A stretch of 64,000 nucleotides of DNA. Origin: Hypanus sabinus. Its lineage: Eukaryota. The notes under the pieces were generated by a model that searched no databases, was not told the origin of the DNA, and saw only the letters and a program-made list of their open reading frames with translations. Position numbers and translations under genes: made by a program. This document shows, piece after piece, positions 35,251 to 47,559 of this stretch (position 1 is the first letter of the stretch; every line of letters begins with the position of its first letter). The DNA lies in the NCBI RefSeq assembly GCF_030144855.1, contig NW_026779681.1, forward strand, positions 1-64,000, given 5' to 3'.

Positions 35251-37027
35251 CTTGGACACGACTCCTGGGCAGGACGAGGGACTCATGGACAGGACGCGGT
35301 ACTGTACCCGACGGAGGCAAGGAACAGTAATGGACAGAACCAACCGCAGTTTAACGGCAAACGTCCTAGCTTACCCGAAAGAGTCGAAGGACAGGAAGGG
35401 ACAGAATCAACCGCAGGGTAAGGGCAAACGTCTTGGCTACCCGACGGAGGCGAAGCACAGAATGCGAGATCTGTCTGGGGTGGTTCCAAGACTCGCGGCG
35501 GTTGGTAACATCGGCGGGCTATGGAACATCCAAATCCATTACTCAGCAGTGGGTTGCTCCAAGGGGAGACTGACGACCCCCCAACGACACTCAATCCCAG
35601 TTCCACTTATATTCCCAGCTCCCATGATGAGCATCAGGTTCTTATGTTTCAGTCCAACCCAAACTAGTGTCAGCCGGAGGACCCGGATTCCTGTGTGAAC
35701 CAGACCAGACCGTGAACCGGAATGCAGATTTCGGACTGGACCAAGACATTTTCAGCTACTGACCGTCTTAGTTCCAAGTTGGCCTCCAATTGCTTTTGTA
35801 ACTCAGCTTCTATTCTAAGATTTTCTATCGCTACTTTTTCCAGGTGTAACTGGATCACTGCTTTACTTAGAGGGAACCTAACACAGCTGCATTAAAAACA
35901 CCCTAATCTAAATAGTGTTCCGCGATTTTCCTCTGCATTACAGGCTTTGTTGTAGCCATCAAAATACCCTTAATTTCCAACCTGCTTGCAATCTCAGTTT
36001 CATCACACTTTTTCGCCTTCGTTAATAACGCTGTTGATGCGAGAAAGTTGTCAACAGTCATTGCTGCCAAATACCACCAAGAAATCAATCAAACAAAATA
36101 ATTGGGTATTTCCCTTTTCCAAAACAGACTGCTAAGTAAACAAGCATTTAAGCACAAAGGCGCTATATATCCCGAGAGCCCCCAATTGTTATGGTACGGC
36201 AACAATGAATATAGAACTGAGACAGATTTTTTTAATATAAAAAAAAGAAACATTTATGCTTTCGGAAACAGTTCACAGATTTCAGTATATATGCTGCTTC
36301 ACAATATCATAATCAAATGCTTGCTCAGCAGTTCAAGCTATATAAACTCGTTTTGTCTTTCCTTTAATTACACTCTGGAACAACACTGGCCATTTCACCT
36401 TCGGCCACACTGAAATCAGAGCAAAAGTTTCAAAACGTTGAAAATGTATCTCTACTTCTGTTTCACTAAATGGAGGATCCAATTTAATTTCCTGACTAAC
36501 GACAGAAGTTTTGCTAGAGCCAGAGGACAGATTATCTGTCCTTAATTCTGAAATCGCGTTCGAATTCCCTCTTTTTATTTTCAGTTCAGAGCCGATTAAT
36601 TCCGAATTAGCTTCCAGTTATATCTGTTTTAACTCAGCTTCTGTTCTAAGCTATTCTAACGCTACCTGTTACAGGTCTAACTGGATCGCTGCTTTACTAC
36701 CAGGGAGCTTATTTAACACAGCTACATGAAAGCACCCTAATCTATTTCGTTCTCAGAGATATTCTTCTGAATTTCAGGCTTTGGTCTCGCCGTCGAAATA
36801 CCGTTTATTTGGAAACTGCTGACAATCTGAGATACATCACTCTTTTTCACCTTCGATTATATCTCCGGGTCTGACGACGCCAGAAAGTCCTCAAAATTTA
36901 TTATTTCCGAATACCATCCACAAACCTATCAAACAAAGGAATCCGGTAATTCCCTTTACCAAAACAGACTGATAAGTAAACAAACATTCAGGCATAATAT
37001 TGAACATATCACGAACGAGCCCCCAAT

Positions 37028-38004
37028 TGTTACGATGGGGGCAACAATGAACACTGGATAGACGAGGACATCTGCAGATGCTGGAAATTCTAGCAATACA
37101 CAAAAAATGCTACCTGCCCTGCTGCATTCCTCCAGCATGTTTTGAGTAATATAGAACAAAGAACCATTTATTAAACCTTTTTCAAGCGAAAAAAAATGAA
37201 ACGATCAACTTAACCGGAAGTTAACTGCTTGGCAAATCGAACAGTTCTTAAAGCGATAAATGCGAACACAGTCTTACAAAGATAAATACAAAATTCCAGG
37301 TCATTTAGACAGTCAATTAGGAGAGACATTCTTGAAGAAACGAATTCCTCGACGACCTGACGTTACTACTGTTCCTAGCTGAAATGTGTATTGCCCGAAG
37401 CATTTATGACGGAGGAAATAAAAACGGCGTAAAGGAACTGATCTTTTCCTGGGCGAATAACACTGCCCCAATCCATTCTGCTCTTATAGCAGGGATTACC
37501 TCGGATGCAGATTACTAATTCCTTGAAAGTAGATTCAGTAAGGTCGATCCTGTATTACAGCCGACGACACCAATTTTACTCGGGACATCGGTTTCCCGTA
37601 CGTCGTCAAATCTTCACTCTCGAATAAATAAACTTTAAAATAATATCGAAGATCCATTAAGCATGACTGGCAGTGATTTGAAAAACTGCCGGTACAAATT
37701 ACAGTAGAAAGTAAAACTCCTCATGAAAACGAAATTGCGTCCTGAGACGGAAACACAACATTACGTGTGAACTGAAGAATTGAACAACGAACTAACCTGC
37801 ACAGGAGCAAGGCTTTCCCCTTTAAAACCTGGTGGAACAGGTTATCACATGACCTCTCACTGCCGGGAGAATTACTTCATGTAACCTCAGACTGGCGGGA
37901 AATAACATCACCCCACCATAACAAGACAATTACATCAGCTCACCACTTACTCAATTACGTAATGGTCATAAGGAAGTCACCAGATACCCGCCGGGTATGT
38001 AACA
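37028..38004 (-). mobile_element. LTR copy 7 (about 975 bp, with a small inserted repeat at about 37060-37150); best-preserved PBS at 37008-37025
   Basis: tgttac at 37028, tgtaaca ending 38004. The PBS TGGGGGCTCGTTCGTGAT matches 16/18 to the tRNA-Pro PBS TGGGGGCTCGTCCGGGAT. Confidence 0.85.
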
Positions 38005-38516
38005 CTTGACTCTCTTTGTCAATTTTCCTTTTAAAGTTCTATCCTGCTGAAATTTTATCTTTTGGATTAAAACATCCTCATCTGCTAATTATGCAGACTG
38101 CTGAAATGCAGCAGTGTACCTCTCATTTAAGTATGTTCTTACTTCAACAGGGATATTCCTCTTAAATTTCTCAATTAATATCAACTCTTTTCGTTTATTA
38201 TAGTCCCCATTTACATTTTCAGTGGAATCCCATTCTCAAAGCACGCAGCTTTATCACAGGCAAATTCCACGTAAGTTTATTTTTTCCACCGATTTCTTCA
38301 TATTTATTAATCTTTCTTTATAAACTTCTTGAACCAGTTCATACGCTTTCAGTATATGCTGCTTCACAATATCATAATCAAGCGCTTGCTCAGCAGTTAA
38401 AGCTGTAGAAACTTGCTGCGCCTTGCTCTTAATTACACTCTGTAACATTACTGGCCATTTCTCTTTCGGCCAGAAAGTCGTCAATATTCATCGTTGCCGA
38501 ATACCATCCACAAACC

Positions 38517-39012
38517 AACTTTGGCATTGATCTCTCACATCATGAAGACACTGCAGAGACTTGTTCTAGAGCAGTTCCGGCCTATGGTTAGTCCACACCT
38601 GGATCCCCTCCAGTTCGCCTCCCAGCCCCGACTAGCAGTTGAGGATGCCATCGTCTACCTGCTGAATCGTGGGTACGCCCAGATGGACAAGCCGGCGAGC
38701 ACTGTGAGGATCATGTTTTCTGACTTCTCCATTGTGTTCAACACCATCCGCCGTGCCCTGCCGGGTGAGAAGCTGACAGTGATGCAGGTGGAAGCCTCCC
38801 TGAAGTTATAGATTATTGATGAGCTGACTGAAAGACCACAGTACGTGCGCTTGCAACACTGTGTGTCAGACAGCGTGGTCAGCAGCGCTGGGGCTCCACA
38901 GGGGACTGTCCTGTCTCTCTTTCTCTTCATCATCTACAGCTCGGACTTCAACTACTGCACAGAGTCTTGCCATCTTCAGAAGTTATCTGCTGATTCTGCC
39001 ATAGTTGGATGC
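38517..39012 (+). mobile_element. Rex1/Babar-type non-LTR retrotransposon RT fragment
   Basis: ALISHIMKTLQRLVLEQFRP..LDPLQFA...VEDAIVYLL...VRIMFSDFSIVFNTI; GAPQGTVLS; QKLSADSAIVGCI. Confidence 0.88.
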
Positions 39013-39019
39013 ATTATTC

Positions 39020-39760
39020 TTACTAGTTGTAGCCTCACAAGCACGTAGGAAGGGCAGCAAATCCTGGAGGTCCAGCCTTTTAACCTCGCTTTCGAGCAGT
39101 CCACATTACCACGTAATAATGCTGGAGACTCTATCCGAGATATCGTTGACGCTGTCGCTGACAGAACCACCTGTCGGCACCACTCACGAATATCCGATCG
39201 TCATATCGTGACTTTCACTCTGTCGCCCTCCCCACCTCACGCACAGAGACACCGCTCAACGCGCAATTCCCGCAGAGTCACAGAGGCAAACTAAATGGCG
39301 GAGACCCGACCACTGAGACTGAACACTTTTAGGTGATACTCCCGCCCCACCAAACACCGCAACAGTATCAAAACAGTTGAGGGAGACGCTCTTTCATGAC
39401 TGTCACAGACTCCTCTGTGTCCTTCACCCTGCCCATAACTGCCTGTCTATCACCACTTCATCATCTCGAATGATGTGGATTTCGTCCAATTCCAGTTCGT
39501 CGTCAGGGTTACTGGAGTTCTCTACGCCTTCCGACATCCTGCAACAGGAGCATTCAAATATCCTTCCCGGCTGTTCTGTTATCCTATCGGATCAGATATA
39601 AAAAAAGGAGAAAAGAAGTCTTATTCTTGGACTTTTCTTTCCTTTCTCTATTTTGGCTGAAGTCTCCCTGAGCTGACGTCTCGTGTGCAGAATCCTGAAG
39701 ATCACCTGCTTAACGGTCCATTCAGACGATGGCTACTGAATTTGCCCCTGCCACCGTCTT
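39020..39760 (-). mobile_element. Old CR1 5' end / ORF1 fragment, head-to-head with GPCR copy B
   Basis: Homologous to 24300-24700 (gatcacctgcttaacggtccattcagac; C..C..E..ENSSNPDD). Confidence 0.7.
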
Positions 39761-40214
39761 ACAGATCAACGACAAACGCTGCTACGACGGAGGGCATAGC
39801 TTCTTTTCACCGTAAGGAATCGCTGTCGCCTTTTTTTTCTCGTGCTGATTCCGAAATCATCCAAATACCCGATAGGCCACTGGTCAAAACTCCTTATTCT
39901 GAAAATCATTATTTTGGAATTATCCAACTCGATATCATGTTCAAACTACCCATGCAACTCTAATTTTTAAGAACTGTCTATGCAATAATTATTTTTATCT
40001 GTTTATATCATCGCTATTGTTTGTTGTTTTATTATTTGCTGCGTGTAACTTCCATTGCAGACTACATGTATATCAGTGTCCTGCTGTATTGCAATAAGTT
40101 TCACAATTTTGTTTCAATTTACGACACTGCACGCATCCGTCGACAGCCGTCTTGTTTGATGAATAGTTACACTTCCAATCTGCTTTTATGTTGCTTCACT
40201 GACGGTCGGCAAAT

Positions 40215-40300
40215 AAAGGGTTAACTGCACCTGAAATTCTGTAGACGCTAATGAAGGGAGTGCCCGTGGGGATTGTCGACGTCACCGCGGAGGTGTGGCT
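40215..40300 (+). promoter_or_regulatory. Conserved upstream motifs of GPCR copy B
   Basis: AAAGGGTTAACTGCAC (40215-40230) and GTCACCGCGGAGGTGTGGCT (40281-40300). The latter overlaps a CRE-like GACGTCA in this copy. Confidence 0.6.
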
Positions 40301-40450
40301 GCTCCTTGCCTGGTCTATTAATGTGTACAAAATCCCACACGACGACAGTTTTAGTGAGAGCCGCCAGTCTGCGCTATCAGAGACTAGCGGTTGCAGACAG
40401 AGAGAAGACGAGGTTGGATCGGGAACAGGAAAATCTGGACTATCCCAGCA

Positions 40451-40631
40451 ATGGATCCTAATCTTAGAATTACATCGTACAATGCTACAGGAATTGTGAA
40501 GAACATTTTCGCGCATATTCAGTACCTTTTTGAATATTACGAATGGCTGACGTTGGACTCTCGAATCACTGTTGTGCTTATGGCAGTCAAACTGATTTAT
40601 TACCCTGTACTCGCCATTGTAGCTCTTCCTG
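40451..40631 (+). CDS. GPR139/GPR142-like GPCR copy B, exon 1
   Basis: MDPNLRITSYNATGIVKNIFAHIQYLFEYYEWLTLDSRITVVLMAVKLIYYPVLAIVALP + G|GTAAGT (60 codons + 1 nt). N-glycosylation sequon NAT. Confidence 0.88.
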
Positions 40632-40729
40632 GTAAGTACCGCGTCTCTTCCTCATGACTTACGTTGAAAAATATGCCCGCTTCTCTTACATAGCTCTACT
40701 CTAACGACACGCTAATTGCACGGCAGGTC

Positions 40730-41480
40730 TTTCCAAATAATATGGCTTCAGCAAACATCTGCTGAATGTATTTGATAAGGTACAACATGCAAGGCGTTTT
40801 GTGAAAGGAAGGAGGCATGTGATCCAAGGGGCCTTTGCTTTGTGGATGCAGAAATGGCTTGCCCACAGAAAGCAAAGTGTTGTTTTAGACGGTATATTCT
40901 GCATTGAGGTCTTTGACCAGTGGTTTGCATCAAGGATCTATTCTGGCACCCCTACGCTTCGTGAGTTTTATAAATGACCTGGATGAGAATGTTTAGCGAC
41001 GGGTCCGTAAATTTGATAATGAAAACAGGTCGGTGGTGTTGTGGACAGTGTGGAGAAGAGTCAGATGCTACAGAAGGACATCAATAGGACGCAGGACTGC
41101 GCTATGAAGAGACAGATGAAGTTCTACACAGACAGGTGTGATGAGGTTTCTTTAAGTAGTTCAAATAAGGTGGCAAAATAGAGCATTATGGGAAATAAAT
41201 AAATAAATAGCTCCAACGTCTCACCAGTTTAAAAGCATGAGTTCACGCGGGCATCTAACCTGCGATGATCTGCCGCCGACACAAAGAGTGCAGAGCAAAC
41301 AGCAGCGTGCAGCGGGATATTAACATGTTCAGCGAATGTACCAGCGTCTGGCAGATGGAGTGGAAAGTTGGTAAATGCGGGGTCATCCACTTGGGAATGG
41401 TTAATTGAAGAACAGTATATTATTTCAGTGGTCAATGTTTGCAGTATGCTGCTGTGCGGAGGGATTTTGGAGTGCCTGTA
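40730..41480 (+). mobile_element. Degenerate CR1 fragments in the GPCR B intron
   Basis: gataaggtacaacatgcaagg (DKVPH-like), ggatctattctggcacccc and tggcagatggag remnants. Confidence 0.7.
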
Positions 41481-41484
41481 TATG

Positions 41485-42084
41485 AGATGTTTCTTCTTTT
41501 ATTTTACAGTTAAGGCTAGAATAACGGCTTCTTCGTTGTGTTAAAAATTAAAAAAAAAAGCTTCTCTTTTATGATAACGGTTTTCTCTGTTCGGGTTACA
41601 ACTACTGACAACGAGAATTGCATTCATTTGCTAACCAATTGGGATAGTCGTTATTCTTTCTTGAGAGTCTGTAAGATATTGTTTCGCGGGGTTTGGGAAG
41701 TAGGCGCGATGGGATAGAGAGAGGATGGACGATGTTGTAAGCTGGGCGACGGAACGGTCCCCGAGCGGGAGTCCGAGGTCCAGGGTCTTCGGCGAGGAGA
41801 GGATACGAGGACAAATTCGTGTGGAGCGTCTGGTCGATCACCATTGTTGGTCCCAGATAGCGGGTTGTGAAAGTCGGAGGTGATCGAATGGTGGCACGAA
41901 GACATCCTTGATTGAGCTCCAACTATTGTGCACGAAGTGATTGAAATTTGATACGTTTACTTTTCATTTTATATTAGTAGTATGTTCGAACTACTCGAAC
42001 ATAGTTCGAGTAAGATATATAAAGTGCAATCATTTAATCGCATACAGTGTGCTGTCTGTTATTTCGTGTGGTGGGGACATCACA
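41485..42084. mobile_element. Probable solo LTR in the GPCR B intron
   Basis: Non-coding about 600-bp block ending ...gtggggacatcaca (LTR-like CA terminus); the left boundary is approximate. Confidence 0.45.
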
Positions 42085-42559
42085 CAAAATCTACACAAGC
42101 TGAATACCCAGACTGGCGGGGCCGAAGGCTGCTCCCCTAGACGGAACCGAGCTGAGCAAGCCGAGTGTTTACCACTGGGCTACATGTGCCTGAATTATAA
42201 AAGCTTGCTATCAGTCTATCAGGAAGGCAGATGGGATGTTCCCCTTTGTTGCCAGAGGGATTGATTTTAAGAGCAGGGATGTAGGTGAGACTAAAGATGG
42301 AGGATTCTGGGGAGTAAATTTAGGACAGTGATCAGGAGGAAGCTCTTCTCTCAGAGAGTGGTGAGTCTGTGGAATTGTCTGCTCACTGAAGCAGTTAAGA
42401 CTACCTTACTAAATATATTTAAGATAGGCTGGCATGTTTTTTTTGCACAGTACAATAATTAGGGTTATGATGAATAAGGAAGGAATGCGGCGATGAATCG
42501 ATGATCAATCTCACTTCAGTGTTTGGTAAGTAGGAGAAGATCCGGTGAGGCAGAATTTA

Positions 42560-43830
42560 TGAACATTTACAGAGGTCGAACAGGATTAGGAGTAATCAGA
42601 ATGGCTTTGTCAAGGGTAGTTCGTGCCTTAAAAGCTTGATTGATTATCTTTAGGATGTGACTAAACACATTGATGAAGATGGAATAGTACGTGTAGTGTA
42701 CTACACTACTATAGTGTAGTATAGTTTCAGCAAGGCATTTGATAAGGTACTCCATGCAAGACTTATTGACGAAGTAAGGAGACATGCGATTTAAGGGGAG
42801 ATTGGTTTTTGGATCCAGAACTGTCTTGCCCAGAGTAGGAAACGTCTGTTTGTAGACGGGCATATTCTGCGTGCATGTCAGTGATCAGTTGTGTACCTCA
42901 AGGATCTGTTCAGCGACCCTTCCTCTTCATGTAATTTATAAATGACCAGGAAGAGGAAGTGGAGGGATGGGTTAATAACTTTGCAGATAACACAGAGGTT
43001 GGAGGTGTTGTGGATAACGTGGAAGGCATTCAGAGGTTACAGCGAGACATTGATAATCGCAAAACTGCGCGATAAAGGGTCATATGTTCAACCCAGCTAA
43101 GTGTAGTAGTTCAAAGTATGATGGTAGAAGAAAGTATTAATGGCATGACTTGGCAGTATGGAGGATCAGAGGGATTTTGGGGTCCGAGTCCATAGGACGC
43201 TAAAATCTATTGTGCAGACTGACAAATCTGTTGCGCAAAATCTGTGGCCCAGAAGGCATACGGTGTATTGGCCTTCAATAATAATGGAATCGAATTTCGG
43301 AGCCGAGAGGAAATGCTGCAGCTGTATTGGACCCTGCTCAGACCTGACATGGAGTTCTGTGCACAGTTGTGGTCGCCTCACTGCAGGAAGAATGTGAAAT
43401 CGATAGAAAGGGTGCAGCGGATATTTGCCAGGATGTTCCCTGGATTTTGCAACATGCCTTACGAAAACAGTTTGAGTGAACTCGTTCTTCTCTTCTTGGA
43501 GCGATGGAGAAAGAGAAGTGACCTGATAGATGTTTATAAGATGATGGGAGGCATTGAACGTGTGGATAGTCAGAAGCTTTTTCCATGGGCTGACATCGTT
43601 GCCACAGGAGGACCCAGCTTAAAGGTGCTGAGGGCAGGTACAGAGGATATATCAGGGGTATGTTTTTTTTTTACGCAGAGTAGTGTGTGCGCGGAATGGG
43701 CTGCAGGCACCGGTGGTGGAGGCGGATACTATAGGGTCCTTTAATAGACTTTTGAATTGGTACATGGAGCCAATAGAAATATAGGCCCATGGGTAAAACA
43801 AGTAATTTCTCAAGTAGGGACATGTTTGGC
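42560..43830 (+). mobile_element. CR1 RT 3' fragment in the GPCR B intron
   Basis: FSKAFDKV, aactttgcagataacac (FADD-like), YWTLLRPDMEFCAQLWSPH, ERVQRIF. Confidence 0.88.
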
Positions 43831-44548
43831 ACAACTGTGCAGCCGAAGGAGCCGGTATTGTGCGGTAGGTTTTATGTGTTTCTGGATCATCTATGATCAT
43901 CTTCTTTGCCAAATCATGCCAATCTGAACAGATGGACCATTCCTGCTGAGTTTGCCTATGTTCTTGTATTCTCAAATGATCTCGTGTTTCCAGGTGAGCG
44001 GAGTTGAAATTCCGTCCCCGTGATACATGGTGTATTAATCATTTTATTATTCTCTTAACAATTCCCGGTCTCTACTCCTTCTTCTGTCACCAAAGATCAG
44101 AGTACATTCAAGCCACCCATTGATATCCCGCTTAGCCCATAGGGGACAGCAGCTGAATTCAGCAATTCCAGCACGGATCCTTCAGCGCCATTTCATAACA
44201 GGTAACTTATTATCCTTATCAATCACATTCTGGCGCCCATTCCCTGTATCATTGACACCGCGACGAATCTACACACTTCCCCGCTGCAGAAGCAACCTCT
44301 CCCTATCCACGACACCTCGGCCTTTCAATATTCGACAGGTTATAACGAGATTCCCCTCATTGTCCTCAACTTCAGCGGGTACATTATAATCACTTCCGAT
44401 TTTGTAATGGCACCCGATAATCTCCTTAGAAGATACATTAATTTCATATTCATCTCTGCTCTCGGAAGTGTTGTCGATTAAAATAATACTTTTCAGAGAA
44501 TGTTTCTATCTAAATGTAAGTTAATGGTTTTTATCTCTCTCCTCCCAG

Positions 44549-45471
44549 TGAACATGGCAACAATAGTTATCCTGTCGCGGGGTAAGTGTGGTCTCTCCAG
44601 AGGCGTCACACGGTACCTGGTTGCCATGGTAGCAGCGGATCAGCTCGTCGTTCTCTTCGATCTGGTTTTGAGCAAGATTCCGATGAGTTATATTTCAGTC
44701 GACTTACATTTCTGGTCGCGTCGCGTTCCCGTGTGTAATATCCACGCCGTCGTCTTCTACGCCGCCACGGACTGTTCTGTTTGGTTCACCGTCAGTTTCA
44801 CCTTTGATCGATTTGTCGCCATTTGTTTTCAAAAGGCGAAACGGAAATACTGCACCGGGAGAGCGGCGGCTCTGGTCCTGGGGACAGTGACTCTGCTGAG
44901 CTGCCTAAAGAACATTTTCTGGTACTTTTTGCTCGATGGGTCATATTCGATGATAATTTCGTCCGTGCTCTGTATGCGATCTTCTCGTTTTTCCAAATCT
45001 CAGGAAGCAACGTTTACACTGATTCATTTTGTCTTCACCCCAATATTCCCATTTGTCCTGATTCTCCTGCTCAACAGTTTAACCATCAGGCACATCTTAG
45101 TGGCAAGCCGAGCACGGAAGAGACTCCGTGGTTCCCGCGATGGCGGCGCGCCCTCCGACCCGGAGATGAAGAACCGCAGGCAATCCCTCCTGCTATTGCT
45201 GGTGATGTCGGGGAATTTCATCGTGCTGTGGGCGCTGCTGACGGTGTTTTCCGTATGGGATAGCCTGTATTTTTACATTGGCGTGCTGAGCTCCAATTCT
45301 CTGCAGGAGCTGGGCTACATGCTGCAACTGCTGAGCTGCTGCACCAACACGGCACTTTACGCCGTGGTCCAGGCCAGGTTCAGGGTGCAGCTGAAGGAGA
45401 CGGTGAAATCGCCCATAAATCTCATGGCAAAGTTCACACAGCGTTGTCAGGACCGCGTTAATCCTCGGTGA
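44549..45471 (+). CDS. GPR139/GPR142-like GPCR copy B, exon 2; spliced gene 40451-45471 encodes an intact 367-aa receptor
   Basis: Pyrimidine tract + CAG (44546-44548), phase 1, giving VNMATIVILSRGKCGLSRGVTRYLVAM...FTFDRFVAIC...CCTNTALYAVVQARFR...TGA. 181 + 923 = 1104 nt, no stops. Confidence 0.93.
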
Positions 45472-45999
45472 CACTCCACCAAACCGCCGCAAAATATCCT
45501 TTTCGATGAATTGCATGTTCAGTTCTATTGGGGCGGTGGATGGCCCCGATTAGCTCCCACAGGAACCGCATTTTAATCACAACGGAGAAATAACAGTCGA
45601 TAGGAGATGTTCGACAGTGAGTTGTTACGGGGTTTGTGATAGACATAAATGACTCGGATGTATGCAAATGAGTTGCCTAATAATCTTGCAGATGTCACAA
45701 ATTTGCCTTTGAGACATACACAAATTGATGGAGTTCCTAAGGGCGGTATTTTCAAATGAACTCTATAGTGGTTGCCTGGGAAACACTTCATACTATTGAG
45801 GCACAAGGAGGACTGGCCTTGAAGAGATGCTGAGACAGACATGTGCCTATGAGGAAAATGGAAGGACAGGCTCACAATGGAAGCAGAGAAAATCAGTCAG
45901 GGAATATATGAGTAATTTAACTAGATCAGCACGACTGTGAGACGAGAAGGATGTTCTGGTGCTGTCATGTTCCAATGAAGAGAATGAACAACTCACACT

Positions 46000-46960
46000 T
46001 TAGCCAGCCTTTTACTGGAATGGAAATGACAAGTGGCCGGCTGAGGGGATGATGAGGTAGATTACCTACTTACAGGGGGAATGTAAAAATAGTTGATGAG
46101 CAATGTAAGGGCGAGCGGGGTTACGTAAAAGGTTGTGTGGTGATAGTTGGAAGACGTAAGGGAACGAAGGGGTGGGAACTTGTGAACACTTGATGTGTAC
46201 GAAAGCAAGGAAGGAGTTTGACCAGGTGGAGAAGATGGGTAAGTGATCTGAGCAGAAGAGACGGGAGAGGAATCAGAAAAGCGGATGGAATTGGAAAAGG
46301 TAGACGGCGGTAATCAATTTTCAGGTAGGAAAATTAGGTAGAATATGAGCAGCTTCCCATACAAATATCATTCCAGCAGCAAAGACCCTGGTCGGGCATT
46401 TAACCTAACGGTGAGAGTCGGAGTTCTGAGACCACTTCCGGTGTCCTCACTAAGGACACTCTGGACGTCCGACTCGTTCAATGTGCTCATTTTCCCCTTC
46501 CACTGTCCAAAGAGCTGTCGGGTAGTTTAACTGGTATTGCAAATTGTCCCCTGATTAGTTTAGGGTTAGAACGTACTGCCCGATTTTTGTCGGTGCGGCG
46601 CTCTATCTGTAAATATAATAAATAGTTCAAGAATAAACTCTCATAATGGGAATGCGAGATGGAGTAGATTTGCAGACGAGAGGAAAGTTCTAACTTTTGC
46701 TCAGGACGGTGCCGAAGGACTCGCAGAAATGTTCCCCGATATTCAATCGGATCTCACCGAAGAGGTGAAGGCCGCACTGCACTGGCAACACCGGATACAA
46801 CAGGCGGAACCGGCAGACTGGAGATGAAGTGTCACCTCAGCAGAAAGGCCGGTTTGGGACCCTGAACGCCGGGGCGGGAGACTTTGTGCGCGCCGGTGCA
46901 GCATTGATCCCGCTTACAGGGTTAAGCGCCAGCAAGAAGATCAGTGGGGAGTCATTTAAA
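46000..46960 (-). mobile_element. Degenerate Penelope-like element (GIY-YIG region), interrupted by a SINE-like insert at about 46365-46600
   Basis: Minus strand gttcagggtcccaaaccggcctttctgctgaggtgacacttca...tgtatccggtg resembles the QGPKQSFQVR.HFTC..CIRC segment of shark Penelope elements (recall). Confidence 0.6.
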
Positions 46961-47389
46961 GCAGCTGGAGCGACATCGGCTGCCGTACTGTGGTCATGGC
47001 TATACAACAAGTGTATGAGTTCCTTTACAGGCTGTAAATATGTTTTTTCATTAAGTAAATGCATCCCAGTCCCTCACGGATAACAACATCCTCATTATTA
47101 ACTACATCTACAGGGAACGCAGTAGCAAGAGAGTAAAATCCAATCCATCATCAGGGATCCCCACCACCCAGGCTATGCTCTCTTTACACTGGTGCTATCT
47201 GGAGGTATCTACAGGCGCCGCCATCAAAACAGTTAACACACCGACACATTCGGCTTTTGCAGCAGAGGTGAGAAATTCACAGAACCTCACTGACCCCGAC
47301 AGTGATCTGCACCTATGAGGTATGGACTCAATTTCAAGGGGTCCATATCAGATGTTCTCTGTAGGAATTGACTATTAATATCATATTTC

Positions 47390-47540
47390 AGTAGACTTAC
47401 TAAATGGAAATATATAAATGGGAATGTATAATATATATATATAAACAAATAAAATGGGAATATATAATATAACTATAATTATAATTATTACATATAATTA
47501 TATAATTTTAATTATCTATTAATTAAATATTAATTAATAT
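47390..47540. repeat. AT-rich low-complexity tract
   Basis: Runs of atatat/taatta. Confidence 0.85.
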
Positions 47541-47559
47541 CAGCGGTGGAGTTTGAGGG

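Larger units (their letters stand above)
27640..38515 (-). mobile_element. Tandem array of Gypsy-type LTR retrotransposon-derived units (LTR - PBS - truncated gag), no recognisable pol
   Basis: Recurrent gag motifs QRKIAEHY..GVF, QLHLEK..LE, EKYFQHFE, WPKEKW..LQSV, KAYELV, LILMEEFK, ESAKLADEY. Seven PBS copies, and LTRs bounded by TGTTAC...GTAACA. Confidence 0.88.

Noticed and set aside
34647-35343. ORFs with ELQEPKPQASSSKNPSLKPRAPR repeats as a repetitive protein
   Set aside because: Translation of the 29-bp minisatellite; no splice or start context, and the frame changes with each unit.
27640-38515. CRISPR-like or viral (Polinton/adenoviral) interpretation of the repeated array
   Set aside because: Repeats are hundreds of bp with LTR termini, a tRNA-Pro PBS and Gypsy gag motifs. 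There is no spacer structure and no viral hallmark gene.
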